Position numbers and translations under genes: made by a program. The notes beneath the pieces are model-generated. The model was not told the origin of the DNA. It saw only the letters and a program-made list of their open reading frames with translations, and made no database searches. Below are positions 11,860 through 20,155 of a stretch of 64,000 nucleotides of DNA, piece by piece; the first letter of the stretch is position 1, and each line of letters starts with the position of its first letter. Where the stretch lies: the IMG/VR virus record IMGVR_UViG_3300035703_000022, positions 1 to 64,000 of that record. One strand, given 5' to 3'. Origin of the DNA: a virus.

Positions 11860-11920
11860 ATAATTAAATGTTCTTCAATTATTTAGAACATCCTTTCTCT
11901 TTACGGAAGAGTACATACAA

Positions 11921-11948
11921 GAAAACCTCCCTTGATGGGGAGGTTTTC
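11921..11948 (-). terminator. Intrinsic terminator
   Basis: GAAAACCTCCC-catcaa-GGGAGGTTTTC perfect 11-bp stem. Confidence 0.8.
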
Positions 11949-12001
11949 AAGCCACACGGAAGGGATTTGTCGCTGGTGTCTTAGTATCACCAAGTATTAT
12001 A

Positions 12002-12613
12002 TTACCACTTAACTTCTTTCCAGGCAAGCCTTTCTTTCAACTCTTTTTGAAAAACCATAAGATACCGATGTTTACGAGACCGATCCCTCCACTCACCATC
12101 AGCATTTCTAATACTACCTCTAGAATGTTTTGTTCCATCGGAATAATAAAAGTCTTTTTTTGGATCGGTTAAACCGTAGTATTGAAAATTACAAGCTCTG
12201 TATATAGTTCCAGTGTGGTGATTAGAGTCAGCGTAACTAAGAATAGCAGAAACTGTGGCATCCTTTCTAAACCTCTTAATGCAACGACTAACGAACCATG
12301 AAGTAATGTTATGTTCTTCTTTTTGAACTTCTGGATCTATGCATAAACGAGAAAGTTCAAATAAACCTTCTTGTTCATCTCGTTGAAGACCAAAAGCTCC
12401 TACTGCAATTTCTGGGACTGGGAGGCCAGTAAAAATGCAAGCGCCAAGACACCTGCCAATTCTAAGGGGACATTCCCACTCAGCATGTTTGAAAAGGCCA
12501 TAATTATACCCAGATTTGAAGTCTTTAGATTCGTCTTTTAAATAATGATGAGTATAAAGAAGATCTTTAATTTCATCCTTACTAACTTTATCTATATAAA
12601 AATCACTTTTCAC
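12002..12613 (-). CDS. Mom-like (GNAT-fold) DNA modification protein
   Basis: HHYL, ELSRLC, SWFVSRC, ILSYADS..HTGTIYRACNF.Y.G and KHRY motifs characteristic of Mu Mom homologues. Confidence 0.75.
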   Translation of the reverse strand: MKSDFYIDKVSKDEIKDLLYTHHYLKDESKDFKSGYNYGLFKHAEWECPLRIGRCLGACIFTGLPVPEIAVGAFGLQRDEQEGLFELSRLCIDPEVQKEEHNITSWFVSRCIKRFRKDATVSAILSYADSNHHTGTIYRACNFQYYGLTDPKKDFYYSDGTKHSRGSIRNADGEWRDRSRKHRYLMVFQKELKERLAWKEVKW

Positions 12614-12626
12614 TGAGTATAATTAC

Positions 12627-12800
12627 TTATTTTTGTTTTGATTTGACAATATATTCGACTGTATTTGCAACATCATGCATTGCTGTTCGAAGATCAGATT
12701 GTCCTCCAGTGTGTTGTTCCATTGTTGAAGGATCTGTTAATGACCATCTCCACTGATCCATTTCTTGATTGTGCCAGAGATTAATAATCATGAATATTTT
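12627..12800 (-). CDS. Small conserved cyanophage hypothetical protein
   Basis: INLWHNQEMDQWRWSL..LRTAMHDVANTVEY; start moved downstream of tRNA-Thr and approximate. Confidence 0.5.
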   Translation of the reverse strand, partial: KIFMIINLWHNQEMDQWRWSLTDPSTMEQHTGGQSDLRTAMHDVANTVEYIVKSKQK

Positions 12801-12809
12801 AATTACTGA

Positions 12810-12883
12810 AGCCCCCGACAAGACTTGAACTTGCGACCTGAGCTTTACAAAAGCCCTGCTCTATCCAACTGAGCTACGAAGGC
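12810..12883 (-). tRNA. trnT: tRNA-Thr(UGU)
   Basis: GCCTTCG..TAGCTCAGTTGGATAGAGC..GGGCT-TT-TGT-AA-AGCTC..GTTCAAGTC..CGGGGGC cloverleaf; CCA not encoded. Confidence 0.95.
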
Positions 12884-12906
12884 AGATTTTCTTCTATGTA
12901 TACAAG

Positions 12907-12990
12907 TAGGAGCGGGGGGACTTGAACCCCCACGGAGTTACCTCCAACAGATTTTAAGTCTGGTGTGTCTACCACTTCCACCACGCTCCC
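12907..12990 (-). tRNA. trnL: tRNA-Leu(UAA), intron-less
   Basis: GGGAGCG..CCAGA-CT-TAA-AA-TCTGT, long variable arm GGAGGTAACTCC, GTTCAAGTC, CGCTCCT-A. Confidence 0.95.
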
Positions 12991-12999
12991 ATAAAAATT

Positions 13000-13526
13000 C
13001 TAATCTGGTTGGTAGGTCTTAGGATTATACTTCAAATACTCAAAGAATGTCAACTTCATTTCTTTTTGAGTCATTCCACAGTGTTTTGCTGCGGCTGGCA
13101 GAGTCATCTTAGCATGAAATAATCCCTCATTAGCTTCACGAACATTTTCTGGAGTTGTTTTTACCACAGTTTCGTAAAGGTTTTTATAACTAATTTTGTA
13201 AGGATTCATACTAGATTGGTACAATCTTTAGGTTTTGTGCATTGAGTTCGATCTTAACGTAAGACTCCCACCTCATTGCGTCTTCTATATTGTAGAACAC
13301 GACTTCGTGTTTGGCAAGACCCTTTTTCTTGGGTTTAAGATACTGAACCTTATACTTCATCTGCGACCACTTCACCACGCAGTTCTGCAAGTTTTGCAGT
13401 TGCAAGACATTCTACCATTGTCCAATAAAGTTCTCCACTCATAGGAAAAAATTCATCAACAAAATGTGATGCACAATCTTCATGAAATTCACGAAGTTCT
13501 TGTACTGTTTCACGATCGACTTGCAT
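13000..13526 (-). other. Three small hypothetical ORFs (13000-13224, 13211-13360, 13350-13526)
   Basis: Overlapping short ORFs; 13350-13526 (MQVDRETVQELREFHEDC..) read manually and absent from the track. Confidence 0.55.
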
Positions 13527-13600
13527 AGAGGGGAGGTCTTGATTACATGGCTATAATACCACGGAAAGAAGGCCTTGGTATAGAGGCCTGTGACACTTCT

Positions 13601-15262
13601 TTAGGTGGGTACTCCGACAGTACTACTCGTATACTTATTCTTCGTTATGTTTGTTGTGGGTTCATATGCAGATAAATCCATTGATTCTAAACTGGTAAGT
13701 TGGTTAGTTATCCTAACTATTTCTGCATCACAAGCTGCTCTTCCTTGTAAAAGAATAAATGCTTGTCCTTCTAAGTTATCTCTAAGTTTTCTCAATGAGT
13801 TTGATGCTGCAAGTGTCTCATCAATACCTGCTTGATAATTTGAAAGGAGTGAATTTCTAGTAGATTCTGCATTGGATATTGTTGTATCTTTTGAACCGCA
13901 ACCAGAGAAAGATGGATTATTGGAACTAGTTGCAGTATATCCTATTCCATACTTTTGAGGTAAAGTTGATCCAGTTGATATTGTTACTGTAGTCCCTTCA
14001 GCAGCATGTGCAGATGTTTGTCCGAGTAACATTCCCTCAGCATCATATGTATATGTTATAAGAATAGGCCATTGTGTATTTCCTTCATACCAATCTTGGA
14101 ATCCTCCTCCACATGCAGGTTCTGGATCATAATCTCCCAAAACTTCTCTCCATTGGAACGGTCCAGGTGGAGCTGTGTTTGGATGACTAACTCTCACCAC
14201 AGTGTGGCCATATCCAGCAGTACTGGGACTCAATATTCCAATAGTTACTGGGTCTATAGGATTGTTTGAAGGATCAAATTCATCTAATACTGATTGTGTA
14301 GTTCTAATTACAGTAAAGTTAGTAGTATCTACAGCAACATCACATGTTGTACTGAGAAAATATGATGAATATGTACTCGTAACTCCAACTGCAAAGTTAA
14401 TACTTGTTGCAGCTAGAGCCGGCGAACTTACAACTAATGCTGGAACCGTAACTGATGTTGTGATAAAACCACCATAATCAAAGTCAAATAATTCAATTTC
14501 AAATGGAGCTGTACTAATAGCCACCACAGTAGTTCCTGGAACCAAAACACTAGTTCCAATAATTCCTTGTCCTGGACCTATTCCTCCTGTAGATCCGACT
14601 CCCGTAGCAGCAATAACAGTAGATCCAATTGTTGTTTGTCCACCAAACATTTGAATATCAATAACTATAGTAGTTTCTCCAGTACCGACAATAGTTGGTA
14701 GATCATCTACTCCAAATGCTGTTGGGTTTTCCAAATCATCGGTAATAATATCTCCAAGTTGTATTCCCGCTGTTCCAGCAAGACCGGTTCCAACAATGGC
14801 TATCTCAGTGCTTCCTACACTAATAGTTCCATAAAATTCTGAGACAATGTTTGAACCATAATCTTGATTTTTTGGTCTTCTATAATATTTTATCGATGTA
14901 TTGCCATGTTGTTCATAATTTTCTTTATTCTTTTGAACTTCATATGTTATAGTTGTTGGTTGTTCTGAACCGAATAGAGCTGGAAATTTAGGTTTAATTT
15001 CTCCAACTTGGACCCAAGCCAAATCACTTTTACAACCTGCAGTAACTCTAGATTCATATGCAGTTGCAACTGCAGCATTTGCTGTATTGACTTCGGACAA
15101 CATACCAAAAAGGGATTTATCCATATTCTCAATAATAGCATCATATCGATCTATTCTTACATCATACAATGCAAGTTGATCCATTAATTGTTCTCTTTCT
15201 TTCTTTTTAAATTCAAGTTCGTCTTTTAATTCTTGAATAAAAATAGTGGATACACCAGCCAT
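13601..15262 (-). CDS. Putative virion structural protein
   Basis: 553 aa; coiled-coil ends flank a Thr/Gly-rich beta core; end of the baseplate gene run. Confidence 0.55.
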   Translation of the reverse strand: MAGVSTIFIQELKDELEFKKKEREQLMDQLALYDVRIDRYDAIIENMDKSLFGMLSEVNTANAAVATAYESRVTAGCKSDLAWVQVGEIKPKFPALFGSEQPTTITYEVQKNKENYEQHGNTSIKYYRRPKNQDYGSNIVSEFYGTISVGSTEIAIVGTGLAGTAGIQLGDIITDDLENPTAFGVDDLPTIVGTGETTIVIDIQMFGGQTTIGSTVIAATGVGSTGGIGPGQGIIGTSVLVPGTTVVAISTAPFEIELFDFDYGGFITTSVTVPALVVSSPALAATSINFAVGVTSTYSSYFLSTTCDVAVDTTNFTVIRTTQSVLDEFDPSNNPIDPVTIGILSPSTAGYGHTVVRVSHPNTAPPGPFQWREVLGDYDPEPACGGGFQDWYEGNTQWPILITYTYDAEGMLLGQTSAHAAEGTTVTISTGSTLPQKYGIGYTATSSNNPSFSGCGSKDTTISNAESTRNSLLSNYQAGIDETLAASNSLRKLRDNLEGQAFILLQGRAACDAEIVRITNQLTSLESMDLSAYEPTTNITKNKYTSSTVGVPT

Positions 15263-15302
15263 AATTAGTTAATACTACGATCAAGGATAACAGTAATATT
15301 AT

Positions 15303-16202
15303 TTATGGGAATATTCCAGGGCTAAACCAGAACCTATATTCACTATTGTCTCCTGGATAATCGTTATATGACAAACCTTTATATTCTACAATATTTTTGG
15401 GGGTATCTTTCCTTTCCGCAAATATTTTATAATAACAATGAATTTGATTATTTGAATTATTTGAAACTATAATTTTAGTTCCACACTCGGAAAGATTGTA
15501 AAACAACTTTTGATGATTTCCTATTGGAGTCAGTATTGCGTGGATTGTTTCTCTATGAACTAAACCAATCCAGTAATCTGGTAGTTCTATGATGTTACTA
15601 TTTTTTAGAATTCCCTTAATTGTAACGTCTGCTGTTGGGCCTTCTGTACAAACATAACGAATTCTCCATCCCTTTTTTATTGGATTTTCAATATCAAAGT
15701 TTTGAGACCCAAGAGGTTTCTTTGATTGGACTGCAGCTTGAAACTGAGCATTCATGGCTTTTGTTGTTGCCATATTTCCTTGCCATACCGCAGCATTAAA
15801 TAGTGGAGTTTCTTTGAATGCCTGAGCGTAATATGGACCAGAAGTAGATTGTGCAGCTGCTTTTGCACTAAATCCTGTTGTTGCAGAAAAAGCCAGTTTT
15901 ACATCTGCACCTGTTTTATTGGTATATCCAAAAACATTAGCAAATCCGGATCTATTAAAAATACCAATTTGATTATTAATTGCAGGAATCTGAGATATGC
16001 CAATAACTTGTAGAGAAATTGGATTTAAACCGGGACCAATCATACAGTTAGCTGTAGGAATTGGTGGCCCACCAGCACCAATCCATACAGGTCCATTTAA
16101 AACTGTTGTACCGGGTATAGCTCCAATAGCAGGTATAAATGAGTAATCTAATGGACCTACACAGAGTTTATCGCCAATGTATTTTACGGGTTCTGCAGGC
16201 AT
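15303..16202 (-). CDS. Putative spike/baseplate protein, paralog B
   Basis: N-terminus shared with 16208-17077; C-terminal FDIENP..RIRYVCTEGP..IELPDYW..LTPIG domain. Confidence 0.55.
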   Translation of the reverse strand: MPAEPVKYIGDKLCVGPLDYSFIPAIGAIPGTTVLNGPVWIGAGGPPIPTANCMIGPGLNPISLQVIGISQIPAINNQIGIFNRSGFANVFGYTNKTGADVKLAFSATTGFSAKAAAQSTSGPYYAQAFKETPLFNAAVWQGNMATTKAMNAQFQAAVQSKKPLGSQNFDIENPIKKGWRIRYVCTEGPTADVTIKGILKNSNIIELPDYWIGLVHRETIHAILTPIGNHQKLFYNLSECGTKIIVSNNSNNQIHCYYKIFAERKDTPKNIVEYKGLSYNDYPGDNSEYRFWFSPGIFP

Positions 16203-16996
16203 AATAATTATAAAGTAAATAATCCATATTGAGTGTTGTCTCCAGGGTAATCTTCCACAGATAATCCTTCATATTCTGCAATATTTCGATCAACATCTTT
16301 TCTTTCTCCAAAAACAAGATAACTATATTTTTTAACTTGTCCTAGATTATTAAAAACTTTTATTTTAGTATTACACTCTAATAATTTTGCAGATAGTTCT
16401 TGATATTCTCCAATAGGGGTTAAACTTATTGTGATCGTTTCGGAATCAACTAATCCAGTCCAATAATCTGGGAGGTCAATGATGTCCGAATTTTCTATTA
16501 TACCCCTAACATAAACATCTGCGGTTGGTCCTTCTACACAAACGTGTCTGAGTCTCCAACCTTCTTTTGTAGGGTGTTTAATATCAAATGGTTTTTTTGT
16601 GGCAAGTGCTGCGGCTTGAGTTGGGTTGATTCCAGTAGTCGTTGAAACGTTTCCAAGAATTACTGCAGCTTTTGCTAAAGGAGTTTGTGCAAATGCTTGA
16701 GCATAATTTGGTCCAGCAGTAGTTTGTGCAGCAGATTTTGCACTATATCCAGTTGTTCCTGAAAATGCGGCTTTTGTACTTGCTCCGAGTTTTTGTGTAA
16801 ATCCAGTTATGTTTGCTAAGCCGGTTCTATTATTGATTCCTATTTGATTAGTGATTGAATAAAAATTCGCAATGCCAATAACTTGTAGAGAAATTGGATT
16901 TAACCCGGGACCAATCATACAGTTAGCTGTAGGAATTGGTGGCCCACCAGCACCAATCCATACAGGTCCATTTAAAACTGTTGTACCGGGTATAGC
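15997..16996. repeat. 125-bp near-identical direct repeat (15997-16121 and 16872-16996); also 39 bp identical at 16165-16203 and 17040-17078
   Basis: Direct comparison: 124/125 and 39/39 identity. Confidence 0.9.
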
Positions 16997-17077
16997 AGGA
17001 AGTGCTGGTAAAAATGAATAATCTACTGGACCTACTGTTAGTTTATCGCCAATGTATTTTACGGGTTCTGCAGGCAT
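16208..17077 (-). CDS. Putative spike/baseplate protein, paralog A
   Basis: C-terminal FDIKHP..RLRHVCVEGP..IDLPDYW..LTPIG domain; downstream of gp5. Confidence 0.55.
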   Translation of the reverse strand: MPAEPVKYIGDKLTVGPVDYSFLPALPAIPGTTVLNGPVWIGAGGPPIPTANCMIGPGLNPISLQVIGIANFYSITNQIGINNRTGLANITGFTQKLGASTKAAFSGTTGYSAKSAAQTTAGPNYAQAFAQTPLAKAAVILGNVSTTTGINPTQAAALATKKPFDIKHPTKEGWRLRHVCVEGPTADVYVRGIIENSDIIDLPDYWTGLVDSETITISLTPIGEYQELSAKLLECNTKIKVFNNLGQVKKYSYLVFGERKDVDRNIAEYEGLSVEDYPGDNTQYGLFTL

Positions 17078-17087
17078 ATTTCACCTC

Positions 17088-17639
17088 TTAACATTCTAAC
17101 CACTCTTGAAACTTTTTAGCAATATTTAATAGTCTTGTTAATATAGACCCTTCAGAATCTTCTGCACCAGAAGTCTGACTGTTTTGCATGTTTCCAGTCG
17201 TGTCCGTTGCTTGAGCGCCAATAGATGCACTATTAGACATAACGGTGTTGGAATTACTTCCTTTTAAATTCTGTACAGGAGCATTTACAGCAAAATGTTT
17301 CCCAGAAACTACTGTCACTTCTCCAGCACCATCTAAAGCAACGATTCTAACATTTTTTCCTCTTAATATTATATCGCCATCCATGGCTTCAATAATAATA
17401 TCACCTTTTTTTGCTCTTATAATTTTTGCGGGTTCGCCATCTTTTCCATCTAGTCCACAAATTTCATATGAAGTTTTTCTACACTGTTGTTTATATTGAC
17501 CATCTTGAGTATATTCAAATCCTTGACCATAATCAGTAAATACTGCATAGTCTATTGTTTTTCCTGATAAATCGGGAGTTCCAGATTTGACTATAAATCC
17601 AGGTTTTTTTTCATAGTATTCTTTTGGTTGTTCTGCCAT
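17088..17639 (-). CDS. gp5 C-terminal-like beta-helix/spike protein
   Basis: Short beta-strand repeats (IIRAKKGDIIIEAMDGDIILRGKNVRIVA); directly after gp5. Confidence 0.5.
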   Translation of the reverse strand: MAEQPKEYYEKKPGFIVKSGTPDLSGKTIDYAVFTDYGQGFEYTQDGQYKQQCRKTSYEICGLDGKDGEPAKIIRAKKGDIIIEAMDGDIILRGKNVRIVALDGAGEVTVVSGKHFAVNAPVQNLKGSNSNTVMSNSASIGAQATDTTGNMQNSQTSGAEDSEGSILTRLLNIAKKFQEWLEC

Positions 17640-17642
17640 GGG

Positions 17643-19943
17643 TTACACACAATCTACTACATTTACAATAGAAGTAATACCGACATTCAGATCAGGATTG
17701 TCAACAATAAATGACGGTACAAACTGAATAACTGGATAAAGAACAGCACCTTCTCCTGTTGTAGTATTTATAGTGACTGTCGGAACTCTTGTAAAAGTTT
17801 CTCCGCCGCCACCAGCACCTTGCCCGCCAATAGATGGTATTATTCCCGTTGGTGCAGTTAATCCAATTCCAGTTTCAGGAGTGAGTCCAGTTGGCAGTTC
17901 TACACCGATAATCGAACCATTTTCTGTGAGAATAGGAGAATAGAAAGTATTATCCCCAACTTGAATTGTATCTCCAAAGGTGTATCCTATTCCAGGAGAT
18001 TCCACAACTACATTAGTATTAATTCCTACAATATCTGGGGTTAATTGGCCTTGACCTACATCTAAACATGGTGGTAAAACTATAGTATTTCCGTTTCCAT
18101 CTGTAGTTGAAGTTTCTTCACCTAAATTAGTTTGACAGTATCCTGATCCTGGATTTAAAATATAAATTGATTCTATTCCACCATCTCGAATAGTAGTTTT
18201 TGCTTGTGCGCCTTTTCCATAATTAGAATTATCCACTACTCTTATTTCTGGTGGGTATGTATATCCTCTACCAGGATCACATAGTAAAAATGTTACGATT
18301 GATCCATCTTTCTCAGATACTACTGCCTTTGCTCTTGCGCCAACACCATCACCATAAATTCTGACTTCAGGTGGAATACAATCATAGAACTTAACTCCAA
18401 TTGGCATAGGAGCAAGATCATCTTGTGTTTGTGGATTCGTAATTTTCTTTCTACATTTACTAAATGGTGTATCTGATGATCCAAACATTGAAAGATATCC
18501 TAAAGATTGGTTTGCTCCACCAAGTCCACTTAGGATGTCCATGTTACCTAAAACATTACTCCAACTATCAAGTTCGGGGAATGATGCCCCACTGAAAGGA
18601 TTCCAAGACGTGGTACTTCTGCAAGCTAAAGAATCACAATCTAGAAAACTTAGAATTTTGCTGATCATGTTTAGTCCATTTGTTAAAGCACTAGCAATTG
18701 AACTAATTCCATTAGCTAACCAATCTAATCCACTTAATATGGCAGACAATGCATTATCTGCCATATCAGCTAATTTGTTTACCAAAGAACCAACAATTTC
18801 TTCTATTGCACAGAGAGGTATATTTGGACTTTTTCCAATAAGTCCATTTAAGAGACCTTTTATGAAGTCCATAAGAGGTCCAAATAATTTCTCAAAAAGA
18901 CAAAAAATTAAGTTTAAAATATTTTTAGCGGCTTCAGAGATTGGTAATTTAATTGAAGATGGTAATGTTATTGAAAGTAGTTTGAATAATTTTCCAACCA
19001 AACAAAAAATACTGTCACGCATTCCATTAATTACAAATTTCATAACGGATGCAATAAGTCTAGCTACAGAATTAACTGTCTGTCCAACATCTACAACGAC
19101 ATTTCTAATAGGATCTATGAATCCTAAAGCAGTTTTTTCGAGTCCATTAACAGTTTTAATAAATCCTTGAAGAGCATTTGTAATTTGACTTAGAATATTA
19201 TTTCCGCATCCATTTTCGGTTTCGACATTTCCCAATCTATCAAATTCTGCTAAAAATGCAACCTCTGCTTTTTCATCATAAAATAATTGATCTTTAGGAA
19301 TTTTCGGGTTCCCAAAGATTGCACCAGCTTTAGAACTAGTATCTGTTGTAAGTGGAGCAAAACCAGGACTCAAATCTAAACTTTTTGTTGTTGCTGCACC
19401 GAATTGTGGATTAGCAAACATTTCAAACTGAGGTCCAGATCCAAGTTTATCATCAACTCTTTTTGCAGTTCCATCATCTTGACCTTTATTCCTTGTTGCT
19501 TGTGCTCCTGTAGATAAATTGCCTTTAGATCCCGTAAAAGGCTCAAATGGGTTTGGGTTAGGCACATTTTCAACTACTGGACTTCTATGGAAACATGACA
19601 TTACAACTGGTTGTTGAGCTTCTTCGCCATCCAGAAAGAATCCAAATACAGATTCTCCACCAACAAGTAATGGTAACTTACCAAAACCCCCTTGGGCTGG
19701 TGCTCCATCTGATGCACTAGTTAAAACATGTGCCCAAGGCAAATCTTCATCTTTTAGTTCGTTTCTATCGAAACTATGATATCCAATGATTCGTACCTTA
19801 CATCTATATCCCCAGGCAGATTCTCCATTATCAATTCGAGTTTTTTCATTACGCCAAACTTTGGGATCAGCAACTTGACCGATCCACCAAATGAATCCAT
19901 CTCTACCTAAAAAGTTAGATTTTATAAAAGATTCGTCTATCAT
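17643..19943 (-). CDS. gp5: Baseplate hub / spike protein gp5 (OB-fold N-terminus)
   Basis: GRDGFIWWIGQV..RCKVRIIGYH..LPWA..VFGFFLDGEEAQQPVVM; C-terminal GxGY repeats; no T4-lysozyme domain recognised. Confidence 0.85.
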   Translation of the reverse strand: MIDESFIKSNFLGRDGFIWWIGQVADPKVWRNEKTRIDNGESAWGYRCKVRIIGYHSFDRNELKDEDLPWAHVLTSASDGAPAQGGFGKLPLLVGGESVFGFFLDGEEAQQPVVMSCFHRSPVVENVPNPNPFEPFTGSKGNLSTGAQATRNKGQDDGTAKRVDDKLGSGPQFEMFANPQFGAATTKSLDLSPGFAPLTTDTSSKAGAIFGNPKIPKDQLFYDEKAEVAFLAEFDRLGNVETENGCGNNILSQITNALQGFIKTVNGLEKTALGFIDPIRNVVVDVGQTVNSVARLIASVMKFVINGMRDSIFCLVGKLFKLLSITLPSSIKLPISEAAKNILNLIFCLFEKLFGPLMDFIKGLLNGLIGKSPNIPLCAIEEIVGSLVNKLADMADNALSAILSGLDWLANGISSIASALTNGLNMISKILSFLDCDSLACRSTTSWNPFSGASFPELDSWSNVLGNMDILSGLGGANQSLGYLSMFGSSDTPFSKCRKKITNPQTQDDLAPMPIGVKFYDCIPPEVRIYGDGVGARAKAVVSEKDGSIVTFLLCDPGRGYTYPPEIRVVDNSNYGKGAQAKTTIRDGGIESIYILNPGSGYCQTNLGEETSTTDGNGNTIVLPPCLDVGQGQLTPDIVGINTNVVVESPGIGYTFGDTIQVGDNTFYSPILTENGSIIGVELPTGLTPETGIGLTAPTGIIPSIGGQGAGGGGETFTRVPTVTINTTTGEGAVLYPVIQFVPSFIVDNPDLNVGITSIVNVVDCV

Positions 19944-20155
19944 CAGTCTTCGTAAATTTTACATTCGGCAGCGTCAGGATGAGAATCGCAATACAACTCT
20001 AATGCTGTTGGGTCGTGATCTTCATCTGGGTGATTGGCTTTATATGACTCAAGGGCAGATAATTCTTCTTCTGTATGCCTACGTGCTTGTGGTGATGTTT
20101 GAGGATCATCAAGGATTTGTTTATCCTTTGCAATATGTTCGTTAATGTTATTCAT
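19943..20155 (-). CDS. cp12: CP12 Calvin-cycle inhibitor (auxiliary metabolic gene)
   Basis: C-terminal LELYCDSHPDAAECKIYED; phage-type N-terminus without the first Cys pair. Confidence 0.92.
   Translation of the reverse strand: MNNINEHIAKDKQILDDPQTSPQARRHTEEELSALESYKANHPDEDHDPTALELYCDSHPDAAECKIYED

Noticed and set aside
15997-16996. Near-identical repeat pair as a diversity-generating retroelement TR/VR
   Set aside because: Only one mismatch, both copies are N-terminal coding sequence, and no reverse transcriptase is present in the window
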